Of a stretch of 64,000 bases of DNA, positions 18,529-27,338 are shown piece by piece. A program made the position numbers and the translations under genes. Under the pieces are notes generated by a model. The model saw nothing but the letters and a program-made list of their open reading frames with translations. It made no database searches and was not told the origin of the DNA. Each line of letters begins with the position of its first letter. The stretch's first letter is position 1. The DNA lies in contig JAHIWS010000021.1 of the NCBI GenBank assembly GCA_018815925.1, positions 25,641 through 89,640 on the forward strand. Reading direction: 5' to 3'. Origin of the DNA: Nanobdellota archaeon. GTDB taxonomy: Archaea; Nanobdellota; Nanobdellia; Pacearchaeales; GW2011-AR1.

Positions 18529-19221
18529 CTAATTTCTTTTATATATAACTTTCTCTCTCCAACTATCTAATTCTACTAATTTTTTTATATCAAATCTTAT
18601 ATGTTCTAAATCTGTGCCTGTTTTTGGATATGATTTAACTCCTGCAATAATTGTTTTGTGTGTTGGAAAAAATTGCCCATTAGGAATACAGATAAAAGAG
18701 ATTTCTTCTACGAGATTACTTTGTGACCAAGTAACTCTTAAAATATAACTAAGATTAGGCACTTTTCCAAAAAGTTTATGATTTTCATATCTATGTAATT
18801 TAGGTTTCCAAATAAATTTCTTTCCATCTCCCTTTATCACCTCATGGGCATTATCAAAGTCAAAAGATGTCTGATTTTGCCTTATATCTATTCTATTACT
18901 CCTCTCTCTTGCGTCACCATCAGTATCTAAAATAGTTTTAGCGTCTATATGAATAATTGCATCCCCACACTCATAACAACTATCTGAAGCACCAGACATA
19001 GAAGCTACACCCCAATCTAAACGCCTTGCAATCATTGCATTCATTATATTTTCTGAAGCAGTTTCAATAGGATTAACCTTATTTGTAGGTAGATAATCAG
19101 GCATATTTTTTTGGCTGTTAATCTCATTGACAAATCTTCCAATATTATTAGAAAGGATATTACAAATAACATCCATATATTTTTTTTCTAAGTGTTCAAG
19201 ATGGGAGTTGTCTAACACCAT
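18529..19221 (-). CDS. putative type II restriction endonuclease
   Basis: Overlaps the 3' end of the C5-methyltransferase gene by 26 nt. Candidate PD-(D/E)XK core ECGDAIIHIDAKT. No specific family recognised. Confidence 0.55.
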   Translation of the reverse strand: MVLDNSHLEHLEKKYMDVICNILSNNIGRFVNEINSQKNMPDYLPTNKVNPIETASENIMNAMIARRLDWGVASMSGASDSCYECGDAIIHIDAKTILDTDGDARERSNRIDIRQNQTSFDFDNAHEVIKGDGKKFIWKPKLHRYENHKLFGKVPNLSYILRVTWSQSNLVEEISFICIPNGQFFPTHKTIIAGVKSYPKTGTDLEHIRFDIKKLVELDSWREKVIYKRN

Positions 19222-20485
19222 TAAATAGTGTAGTATTTACCATTTTTAACTCTTCCCATTTTTTTTCAGGGTTATTATTTACTACATATTTCTTTATGGT
19301 TTTAGCTAAGTGTTCTCCAATTAAGGGTGGAACTGCATTACCTATTTGCCTATGTTGGCTTGATAAACTCCCATAAAATATAAAATCATCTGGAAAACTC
19401 TGTAATATTGCACATTCTCTCGCTGTTAATCTTCTTTTTCTATTTACATGAATTTCTGGAACACTTGCTGTTATTGTGTCGCTTGGTCTATCCCAATTAG
19501 TAACTCTTAAAGATTGCTCAAATTTTATTTTTCTTTCTTCAACCTCTGTAACCATTTTATCGTATTTATCATCAAAGCCCAAAATCTTTTTTAGTTTAGC
19601 CCAATCTTTTGGAGATGGAATTGAGCCAGATATATCTTTCCTAAACCAATGTCCCGCAGTATGTCTATAACCTAAAATCTTATCTATCTTATGCGTTGTG
19701 ATTTTTGCTTTTGCTCTCCACATTTTAAGATAATCACAAATCTCTGCCTGATTAACTTCGTTCTTTCTGGCAATATACTTTCCACTAACTTTTTTTGAAC
19801 CAATGTGATTAGGAATAAGTTTACCTTCTTCTGTGTGTGGTTCTGGTAAATGTCCTATTGCATCTTTTACAGAAATAACATGAGGTAATTTATTGTAATC
19901 CTCTGGTTTAATAAAATCAGGAATTGGTGTTTTATATCCATTCTTATGAGTTATCTTTGGAAATGTATTTGGTGCGTTTATTCTGTTGCCCATAATAATA
20001 ACTCTTTCTCTAAATTGTGGAACGCCATAATAAGCACAATTTATAATAAATGGCTTTTCTACTTTGTAACCTATTGAATTAAAATCTTTTATAATCATCT
20101 CAATAACTTTCCCATTACCTAATGATAAAATTCCCTTGACATTCTCTGCGATGAAAAATTTAGGTTGAGTTTCCCTTATTATTCTCAACATCTCCTTATA
20201 CAAGAAGTTTCTTTTGTCTTTTACATTTCTTTTATTGTTAGCAACTGAAAAACCCTGACAAGGGAAACCCCCTAATAAAACATCTGCATTTTTAGGAATT
20301 TCAGAACTGGGTATTTTAGTTATATCGCCTAAAACAATACGATTATCAATATTTTTTTTATAAGTTTCAACACTATCTCTATCAAAATCATTAGCCCAAA
20401 TTATTTCGTATCCTGCTTTCTTAAATCCTAAATCTAATCCCCCACAACCCGAAAACAGACTAACAACTTTTGGTTTATTTGCCAT
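19196..20485 (-). CDS. dcm: DNA (cytosine-5)-methyltransferase
   Basis: Motif I VVSLFSGCGGLDLGF, motif IV GGFPCQGFS, motif VI IAENVKG, motif VIII QFRERV, motif X QIGNAVPP. Confidence 0.93.
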   Translation of the reverse strand: MANKPKVVSLFSGCGGLDLGFKKAGYEIIWANDFDRDSVETYKKNIDNRIVLGDITKIPSSEIPKNADVLLGGFPCQGFSVANNKRNVKDKRNFLYKEMLRIIRETQPKFFIAENVKGILSLGNGKVIEMIIKDFNSIGYKVEKPFIINCAYYGVPQFRERVIIMGNRINAPNTFPKITHKNGYKTPIPDFIKPEDYNKLPHVISVKDAIGHLPEPHTEEGKLIPNHIGSKKVSGKYIARKNEVNQAEICDYLKMWRAKAKITTHKIDKILGYRHTAGHWFRKDISGSIPSPKDWAKLKKILGFDDKYDKMVTEVEERKIKFEQSLRVTNWDRPSDTITASVPEIHVNRKRRLTARECAILQSFPDDFIFYGSLSSQHRQIGNAVPPLIGEHLAKTIKKYVVNNNPEKKWEELKMVNTTLFNGVRQLPS

Positions 20486-20687
20486 TATTTTTTACCTCTT
20501 TTTTAGTTCCATTTTTCTTTTCTAAATCCCAATATGCACTTTTACAATTTGGGCATATTCTCGGCTTTTCTTTTAATTCTCCTTCAAGTTGTGATAATTC
20601 AACACGAGGTATCCACTCGTGACCACATCTTAAACACTTGAAAGCATTTACTACCTTCTTAATCTTATACTTTTCTTTGTTGTTCAT
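20475..20687 (-). CDS. small zinc-ribbon protein, first gene of the R-M operon
   Basis: CLRCGHEW...CPNCKSAYW forms two CxxC knuckles. Overlaps the methyltransferase start by 11 nt. Confidence 0.55.
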   Translation of the reverse strand: MNNKEKYKIKKVVNAFKCLRCGHEWIPRVELSQLEGELKEKPRICPNCKSAYWDLEKKNGTKKEVKNNGK

Positions 20688-20808
20688 TGGTTTATTTAAG
20701 TTTAACTCCTTTATATAATTATCGTTTATAAAAACAATGTTAATATTAGTTAATTTTATTGTAATGTAGTATATAAGTATATTTTTATCGTCGGTTATTA
20801 TATTGTAT

Positions 20809-20824
20809 TTACTTATATAGGTAA
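20809..20824. promoter_or_regulatory. imperfect palindrome TTACTTATATAGGTAA (operator and/or TATA candidate)
   Basis: One-mismatch copy of the perfect palindrome at 20852..20867. Contains a TTATATA core. Confidence 0.4.
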
Positions 20825-20851
20825 GAAATAGAAAGGTTTATATAGTAGTTA

Positions 20852-20867
20852 TTACTTATATAAGTAA
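20852..20867. promoter_or_regulatory. perfect 16-bp palindrome TTACTTATATAAGTAA abutting the transposase ATG
   Basis: Self-complementary over all 16 nt. Ends 1 nt before the start codon at 20869. Confidence 0.45.
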
Positions 20868-20868
20868 G

Positions 20869-22128
20869 ATGATAAAAGTAAATAATCAAATACAAGCAAC
20901 GGATATAAGAAAACTTAACAGAGAAGAAAGAGGTAAGTTAATTTTTAAATCAGGAAGAATAAGAAAACAAAATGACTTCTGGGTTGTTGGTTCTCAAACT
21001 TCTTTCAAAGCATACAAAGTTAAATTTAATGGACACAAGCCAACTTGTAACTGCCCTGATTGTGAATTAAGAAAGACAAAATGCAAACACATCTATGCAG
21101 TTGAATTTTATATTAAAAGACAAATAGATGAAGAAGGAAAGATAACAGAAACCAAAGGTATTAAAATTAAGTATAAGCAAGATTGGAGTGCCTATAATAA
21201 ATCTCAAACAAACGAAAAGTTAATTTTTATGAAGTTGTTAAAAGATTTGTGCGAGAATGTAGAACAGCCAGAATATAAATTTGGTCGTCCAACTTTACCT
21301 TTTTCAGATATGCTTTTTGGCTCTGTAATGAAAGTTTATACAGGATTTTCTTTAAGACGATTTATGTCTGATATGAAAATTGCCCACGATTACGGATTAG
21401 TTGATAATGTGCCTTGTTATTCTTCTCTATCTAACTTTATGAATAAAGAAGAAATTAAGGATATTTTAGAAAATCTAATAACCTTAAGTTCATTACCACT
21501 TAAAGAAATTGAAAAGGATTTTGCAGTTGATAGTTCAGGATTTTCTACTTCAAGATATGCTCGTTGGTTTGATTATAAATGGGGTAAAGAGAGAAAATAT
21601 AAGGTTTGGTTAAAGGCACATTTATGTTCAGGTGTAAAAACTAATATAATCACAGGAGTTAAAATTACAGAAGGACAAGAAAATGATAGTCCTCAATTAG
21701 CAGAATTAGTTAGAAAAACGGCAGAAAACTTTAATCTTAATGAGGTATCTGGAGATAAGGCATACAATTCAAAAAATAATTTTAAGATTATTGAAGAAGT
21801 TGGAGCAACACCTTTTATTCCTTTTAAGAAAAATGTTACAGGAAAAAGAGGTGGTTGTTTAATTTGGGGTAAAATGTATCATTATTTTATGTATAAACAT
21901 GAGGAATTTTTAGAACACTATCATAAAAGGTCTAACTCTGAAACAATTTTCCACATGATTAAGACAAAGTTTAGAGGAGATATTAAGAGCAAAAAACAAA
22001 CAGCACAATTTAACGAACTTCTGATTAAAGTTTTATGTCATAATATTTGTGTTGTAATTCAAGAAATAAACGAATTAGGAGTTAAAGCAGAATTTAGTCT
22101 TGAACATACAAGAGAAATTTCTGTTTAA
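20869..22128 (+). CDS. DDE transposase (IS4/IS5-superfamily, DDE_Tnp_1-like) with N-terminal SWIM zinc finger
   Basis: SWIM motif CNCPDCELRKTKCKHIYA. Catalytic candidates AVDSSGF, VSGDKAYNS and RSNSETIFHMIKTKF (D, D, E). Confidence 0.85.
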   Translation: MIKVNNQIQATDIRKLNREERGKLIFKSGRIRKQNDFWVVGSQTSFKAYKVKFNGHKPTCNCPDCELRKTKCKHIYAVEFYIKRQIDEEGKITETKGIKIKYKQDWSAYNKSQTNEKLIFMKLLKDLCENVEQPEYKFGRPTLPFSDMLFGSVMKVYTGFSLRRFMSDMKIAHDYGLVDNVPCYSSLSNFMNKEEIKDILENLITLSSLPLKEIEKDFAVDSSGFSTSRYARWFDYKWGKERKYKVWLKAHLCSGVKTNIITGVKITEGQENDSPQLAELVRKTAENFNLNEVSGDKAYNSKNNFKIIEEVGATPFIPFKKNVTGKRGGCLIWGKMYHYFMYKHEEFLEHYHKRSNSETIFHMIKTKFRGDIKSKKQTAQFNELLIKVLCHNICVVIQEINELGVKAEFSLEHTREISV

Positions 22129-22147
22129 AAAGTATGATGATTTATTG

Positions 22148-22163
22148 ACTTATTAAACAAAGC
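22148..22163. repeat. right terminal inverted repeat (ACTTATTAAACAAAGC)
   Basis: Exact reverse complement of 18494..18509. Confidence 0.8.
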
Positions 22164-22164
22164 C

Positions 22165-22173
22165 AGAAGTATA
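22165..22173. repeat. 9-bp target-site duplication, right copy (AGAAGTATA)
   Basis: Identical to 18484..18492. Confidence 0.8.
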
Positions 22174-22188
22174 TAAAAAAGCACAAAA

Positions 22189-22515
22189 CTAATCTGCAGA
22201 AGTAGTATTTCTATATATAACCTGTCTAATTTCAGAACTATCAATAACACCATTACTATCTAAATCATAAGATAAAATTTCATTAAATTTTCTTTCCCTA
22301 TAACTATTTTTTATCTCTTTATTCCATTGTTCATAGGACTTTCCTTCGCTAAATGGAAAAAGCCTATTAATAGGATCATAATTAACAAGGGGTATGGTAA
22401 CAAGACCACCTAAAGGAAATACAATTAAAAAAAAAGCCAATTGTTTACCAAGCTCTTTAAGTGCATTTTTTCTAGATAAAGGTTGAGAAATTCCTTTTTC
22501 TAAACTCATATACAT
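22189..22515 (-). CDS. small membrane protein with C-terminal EF-hand calcium-binding loop
   Basis: TM helix LAFFLIVFPLGGLVTIPLV. DLDSNGVIDSSE fits the canonical 12-residue EF-hand loop (D1, D3, N5, G6, I8, E12). Confidence 0.55.
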   Translation of the reverse strand: MYMSLEKGISQPLSRKNALKELGKQLAFFLIVFPLGGLVTIPLVNYDPINRLFPFSEGKSYEQWNKEIKNSYRERKFNEILSYDLDSNGVIDSSEIRQVIYRNTTSAD

Positions 22516-22566
22516 CAGAATAAACCAACACTTAAATATTTTTCTCTATTATAATCTACAAGAATA

Positions 22567-22574
22567 TTTATAAA
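22567..22574 (+). promoter_or_regulatory. TATA box (TTTATAAA) 29 nt upstream of ATG 22596
   Basis: Archaeal TATA consensus at the recurrent spacing. Confidence 0.45.
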
Positions 22575-22595
22575 TAATGGTCTTCTAACTCTGGT

Positions 22596-24584
22596 ATGAA
22601 AAAGAGTATATTAATTATATTTGGAATCTTATTATTTAGCTCCTTTGTAACCTCTGAAGTAATAATTAACTCACAGCCAACAGGAATTTACAATTTAGGA
22701 GATACAATTTCTATTCCTGTAACAATAAAAACAGTTAATAAAATATCAGGAACTTTTCAAATGGATTTGATTTGTAATGGACATCTAATAAATTTCTATA
22801 AAAATGGTGTAGGATTATCAGCAGGAGAAGAACAAAAAATGGACTCTTCACTTGTTCTAACAAAAGAAATAATTGGGGAAATTAAAGGAAATTGTGTAGT
22901 AAAATCAACTCTTGGAGAAGATTATATTTTATCAGATGAATTTAAAATATCAGATTTAATTGATATCCAAATAACAAATGAAGAAACTGAATTTGCTCCA
23001 GGAGATTACTTAATTCTAGAAGGAGAAGCAACAAAAGAAAATCAAGAAGATGTTGAAGGATTTATAGAATTTCAAATAGGAACAGATAATTCCACAGAAT
23101 TAATTACCCATATAGAATCTATAAATAAGGGATTTTTCCTAGCAAATATTTCAATACCCAAAAATATGAAGGCCGGAACCCACACTGTAAATATAAATGC
23201 TTATGAAAAAGACAATGCAAATCAAATCACAAACCAAGGTACTACAAGTTATAATATTTTAATAAAACAAATACCAACAAGTCTTGAAATAGTTCTTGAA
23301 GAATCAAAAATAGAACCAGGAAATAATTTAAGAGTAAAGGCAATTCTCCATGATCAAACAGGAGAAAAAATAGAAACATTCACAGTAATAACAATTAAAA
23401 ATAAAAAAGACAAAATTCTAGAACAAACCGAAATAGCAACAGATGAATTTTTAGAATATCCAATAAAAAACAATGAGCCCCCATCAGAATGGAAAATAGT
23501 AGCTATTTCAAATAAACTAACAAGCGAATCACAATTTCAAATAATGGAAAAAAAAGAAGTAAATATAGAAATAATCAATACAACATTAACTCTAACTAAT
23601 GCAGGAAACGTCCCTTACAATGATCTTGTTTTAATAAAAATAGGAAATGAGTCTCTAAACTTAAATGTTAGTTTAAAAGTAGATGAAGTGCAAAAATACA
23701 TCTTAAGTGCCCCTGATGGAGAATATCAAGTAGAAATAATGGGAATCAGCGAAAATGTTGCACTTACAGGAAACACAATTGATGTAAGGGAAGCATCAAC
23801 AGGAGTAATAAGCCTAGTAAGATATCCTATTGTGTGGATATTTATGATTGCTATTTTAGGATTTGTTGCATTCACAATTTTTAGAAAAGGTTATAAAAGA
23901 AGTTTTGTGGGGAGAATTATCCCTAAAAAAAAGCAAAAAGATAAATTTTCTTTAATTTCTTTAAGCAAAAAATCAATAATTAAAACCAAAAACAAAGCAG
24001 AACTTTCTTTATCAATTAAAGGAGAAAAACAAAATGCTAGTATTGTTGGTTTAAAAATTAAAAATCTAAAAGAAATAGAATCAAAAAAAAGTAATGCAGA
24101 AGAAATTTTACAAAAGGTAATTGACATGGCAGAAGGAAATAAAGCAGCAATTTATGAGAATCAGGAGAATATATTTTTCATACTAGCCCCAATAAAAACA
24201 AAAACTTTCAAAAATGAAAAAAATGCCTTAGAAATTTCTCAAAAAACCAAAGAGATACTGAACCAACATAATAAATTAGCTAAACAAAAAATAAATTTTG
24301 GCATTTCAATGGATTATGGAACAATTATTGCAAAACAAGAACCAAATGTCCTAAAATTTATGAGTATGGGAACATTAATTACAAATACAAAAAAAATTTC
24401 ATCTCTAGCTGATAATGAAATCTTATTAGGGGAAAAAATAAATGAAAGACTTACTTCTGAAATAAAAACAGAAAAACAAAGAAAACATAAAACCCCTGTG
24501 TATACAATAAAACAAATAAAAACATCTCCAAAAAATCATGAAAAATTCATCAGAACTTTTCTAGACAGAATGGAAAAGAAGTGA
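22596..24584 (+). CDS. single-pass membrane protein: extracellular beta-rich region, TM helix, cytoplasmic cyclase-homology-like (degenerate) domain
   Basis: Signal peptide (ILIIFGILLFSSFVTS) and a TM helix (YPIVWIFMIAILGFVAFTIF). The C-terminal pattern ASIVGLKIKN...INFGISMDYGTIIAK...MGTLITNTKKISSLADNEILLGE resembles class III cyclase topology but lacks the metal-binding Asp residues. Confidence 0.6.
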   Translation: MKKSILIIFGILLFSSFVTSEVIINSQPTGIYNLGDTISIPVTIKTVNKISGTFQMDLICNGHLINFYKNGVGLSAGEEQKMDSSLVLTKEIIGEIKGNCVVKSTLGEDYILSDEFKISDLIDIQITNEETEFAPGDYLILEGEATKENQEDVEGFIEFQIGTDNSTELITHIESINKGFFLANISIPKNMKAGTHTVNINAYEKDNANQITNQGTTSYNILIKQIPTSLEIVLEESKIEPGNNLRVKAILHDQTGEKIETFTVITIKNKKDKILEQTEIATDEFLEYPIKNNEPPSEWKIVAISNKLTSESQFQIMEKKEVNIEIINTTLTLTNAGNVPYNDLVLIKIGNESLNLNVSLKVDEVQKYILSAPDGEYQVEIMGISENVALTGNTIDVREASTGVISLVRYPIVWIFMIAILGFVAFTIFRKGYKRSFVGRIIPKKKQKDKFSLISLSKKSIIKTKNKAELSLSIKGEKQNASIVGLKIKNLKEIESKKSNAEEILQKVIDMAEGNKAAIYENQENIFFILAPIKTKTFKNEKNALEISQKTKEILNQHNKLAKQKINFGISMDYGTIIAKQEPNVLKFMSMGTLITNTKKISSLADNEILLGEKINERLTSEIKTEKQRKHKTPVYTIKQIKTSPKNHEKFIRTFLDRMEKK

Positions 24585-25154
24585 TTAAACTAACTTCAAA
24601 TAACTATTAACTATTGCTCTTTTTATTTCAGGGTGTTTTTTTTCTAAATCATCAATAAAACTACTAAGCTTATTTTTATTTTTTTTAAATACTTTAAATT
24701 TTAATTTTTTTAACTTAGCATAAAGTAAAAGTTCTTTATCTAAAAATAAATACAAAGGTCTAATAATCTTATCTTCAACAGGTTTTAATTTTAAATTACT
24801 AATTTTATTATCAAGCAATGTTATTATTACTTTTTCTCCAACCACATCAAGATTATTAGAAATAGCCAACTTATCAACAGATTTTGGAATTATAGGAATA
24901 TTAGAATGTGATCTTTTTAATTTTATAATTTCAATTGGAGCTTTATTATCATAATATTTAAGAACATCTTCTAAAACTTCATCCCTAAAACACTCACCAC
25001 TAACATAACCAATAACATCTGCTCGTTTAATCATACTAAATTTCTTAATTGTATATAAAACTTTTTTTTGAAACCACCTAATAAAACAATTTTTACAAAC
25101 TCTCCTCTTGTTTGTAAATTCATACACTGGTTTTGTTTCACATATTTTACACAT
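24585..25154 (-). CDS. Ncs6/TtuA-like protein with degenerate PP-loop (probably inactive)
   Basis: N-terminal zinc finger MCKICETKP...CKNCFIRWFQKKV as in TtuA/Ncs6. SGECFR replaces SGGKDS, SNNLDV replaces HNLDD, and the protein is short (189 aa). Confidence 0.5.
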   Translation of the reverse strand: MCKICETKPVYEFTNKRRVCKNCFIRWFQKKVLYTIKKFSMIKRADVIGYVSGECFRDEVLEDVLKYYDNKAPIEIIKLKRSHSNIPIIPKSVDKLAISNNLDVVGEKVIITLLDNKISNLKLKPVEDKIIRPLYLFLDKELLLYAKLKKLKFKVFKKNKNKLSSFIDDLEKKHPEIKRAIVNSYLKLV

Positions 25155-25176
25155 TTAATTTAATAACCATTTAGAA

Positions 25177-25563
25177 TTATAAATCTTTAGAAACCAAATC
25201 TTCTTCTAACCTACCAATCAATGCTTCAAACCCTGGTTTATATCTTTCAGATATTCCAGGGACATCTTTTATAAAATCAAAATATTTTGATAGTTCTTTT
25301 ATATTTTTTTCATTACCTGAAAGGTTTCCAGAATTTACATAATAACCTGCACCTGCTATTAATTCTCTTCCACCAAAACATGACTTATTTAATTTTTCTA
25401 AACCTATTCCATAAAAACAATTTTTTTTCTCATCTTGGATTTTTACCCACAATAATTTTTTATCAACAACAAATCCATAAGTAATTAAGCCAGTAGCCTT
25501 ATCAGTATCCTCAAAATCCTGTTCCCACTTTAAATTTGATTTTTCTTTCATAAATTTAATCAA
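25177..25563 (-). CDS. hypothetical protein
   Basis: 128-aa ORF between the two PP-loop-related genes. No motif recognised. Confidence 0.45.
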   Translation of the reverse strand: MIKFMKEKSNLKWEQDFEDTDKATGLITYGFVVDKKLLWVKIQDEKKNCFYGIGLEKLNKSCFGGRELIAGAGYYVNSGNLSGNEKNIKELSKYFDFIKDVPGISERYKPGFEALIGRLEEDLVSKDL

Positions 25564-25590
25564 AATTAGATATATTTAAAACTTATTATT

Positions 25591-26460
25591 TTATAACTTT
25601 AACCCCTCAAACGTCTTTCTCTCCTTCAAACTTCCTTTCTTTGAATAAGCCTTAACCAAATCCTTAACTTTTTTATCCATAGTTTTATTATTATCCAGTA
25701 TAATTGCACTAGGAGCAGGATAATCTAGCTCAATTAATTTTCCAACACCTAAATTCTCAATAATTTTATTCTCAGTTTGATTTCTTCCAATAACAACCCA
25801 ACATTTATTAATCACAAAATGTCTGCCCACATTAACTAATTTAATTTCTTTTTCATTCATTCCCCTACTTAATAAATAATTTAACCTGTCTTTTAATTGT
25901 TTTTCACAAAGTAAACACCCTCCTGCAGGATGAGGATATTTTATCTTAAATTTTTTAGCCAGTTCAATCTGCTTCTTCCTACTTCTGCCTTTAATTCCAA
26001 AATCAATCAAAGGCCTAATAATCCTATTACCCAATCCTGTCTCTTTCTCAATTAATTCTATTTGTTTTTTTTGTTGACTCATTGGGCGCTGACCAGTAAC
26101 TTCTCCTGTTGCAATAAACTTAATTTTATTTTTATCTGCAAACTGCTTAGTTTTTTTTAACATAAAAATTCTACAATCAATACACGGATTTATCCCTGCT
26201 CCTGTTCCATGTTTAGCTTGTTTTACAATATTTAGATATTCTTGTAATAATTTTCCCTTAGAACAATCAATTATTTTTAATTTTAAGTTATGAAGTTGAG
26301 CAAAATTAAAACTACAAGCTTCACTGCAACAACCTGTTCCAAATGGAAGATTAAAAAAAACAGGCAATACCTCATATCCTTTCTCCTGCATAATTTTAAT
26401 AGCAAGTCTACTATCAAGACCTCCTGAAAACAGAACTATACATTTTTCCTTAGTTACCAT
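25591..26460 (-). CDS. PP-loop ATPase, ThiI/MnmA-like tRNA sulfurtransferase family
   Basis: PP-loop CIVLFSGGLDS, NPCIDCRIFM and IATGEVTGQRPMSQ (ThiI-like TGE..GQ..SQ). Confidence 0.75.
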   Translation of the reverse strand: MVTKEKCIVLFSGGLDSRLAIKIMQEKGYEVLPVFFNLPFGTGCCSEACSFNFAQLHNLKLKIIDCSKGKLLQEYLNIVKQAKHGTGAGINPCIDCRIFMLKKTKQFADKNKIKFIATGEVTGQRPMSQQKKQIELIEKETGLGNRIIRPLIDFGIKGRSRKKQIELAKKFKIKYPHPAGGCLLCEKQLKDRLNYLLSRGMNEKEIKLVNVGRHFVINKCWVVIGRNQTENKIIENLGVGKLIELDYPAPSAIILDNNKTMDKKVKDLVKAYSKKGSLKERKTFEGLKL

Positions 26461-26494
26461 AGATTAATTCTAAAAACACACTATAAAAACTATT

Positions 26495-27307
26495 TTATTT
26501 TTTTTTGCTATCCTTCTTAACTTTAGAAACCTCTTCCTTTACTATCTCTTGCACTTCTTTTCTTGAAAATTTCTTTTTTAAAAAATCAAAAGTCAAAAAC
26601 CTAAAAATAATTCCCAAGGCTAAAACAACAATTCCAATAATAATGCTAATTAAAAAAACATCTGTTGCTCTTGAAAAGAAAACACCTAAAAAATGTAAAA
26701 ATGATTTATTAATAAGTGAAAAAATCCAATCAAGTTTTCTAAAAAGCAATGCTGAAAATGTTAATAAAGCTCCTACAAGAATAAGCAAGTTAGGTTTATG
26801 TTCTACTAACAAAAACATCAGGGCTACTAAAACAATAGCAACAACTAATAAATAATAAAATTTCCCATTCCAGTAATCCTGAGCTTTTTTAGAAACAAGA
26901 AAAAAAGGAATTTCTGTTTCACCAAAACAACTCCAAAAACCACAATTATAATCCTTATAATAATTTTCTTCCATAAAATATTCAACACCATAATCAAAAA
27001 CATTATCAAAACCCAAATCCACAACATCACAAGGAATTGCAAAAGTTTGACCTTGCTCACTAAAAACATATTCTGAATAATTCTGACAATAATCCTGCAT
27101 AAGAGGAAATTTTTCTTCAAAAATAGAATTCAAATTTATTTCTTGTTCAGCAAGTTCCCTCACAACAGAACTCAACTCTGCTTTAATATTACCATAATCT
27201 AAAGATAAAGAAAATGTCAAAAATAAATTCCCTGCTAAAAAAACTACAAAAAGAACAGCACTTGCAATAACTAATAAACTACTCCTTATAACACCCATTT
27301 TATACAA
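26495..27307 (-). CDS. integral membrane protein
   Basis: N-terminal TM helix, a Cys/aromatic-rich loop region, four C-terminal TM helices and a K-rich tail. Confidence 0.5.
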   Translation of the reverse strand: MYKMGVIRSSLLVIASAVLFVVFLAGNLFLTFSLSLDYGNIKAELSSVVRELAEQEINLNSIFEEKFPLMQDYCQNYSEYVFSEQGQTFAIPCDVVDLGFDNVFDYGVEYFMEENYYKDYNCGFWSCFGETEIPFFLVSKKAQDYWNGKFYYLLVVAIVLVALMFLLVEHKPNLLILVGALLTFSALLFRKLDWIFSLINKSFLHFLGVFFSRATDVFLISIIIGIVVLALGIIFRFLTFDFLKKKFSRKEVQEIVKEEVSKVKKDSKKK

Positions 27308-27338
27308 AAGAAGTATTAAGGATTTATAAAATTAAGGA

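Larger units (their letters stand above)
18493..22164. mobile_element. cargo-carrying transposon: IRL, restriction-modification operon, SWIM-DDE transposase, IRR
   Basis: A perfect 16-bp terminal inverted repeat (GCTTTGTTTAATAAGT / ACTTATTAAACAAAGC) bounded by a perfect 9-bp direct repeat. A DDE transposase is the only mobility gene inside. Confidence 0.78.
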
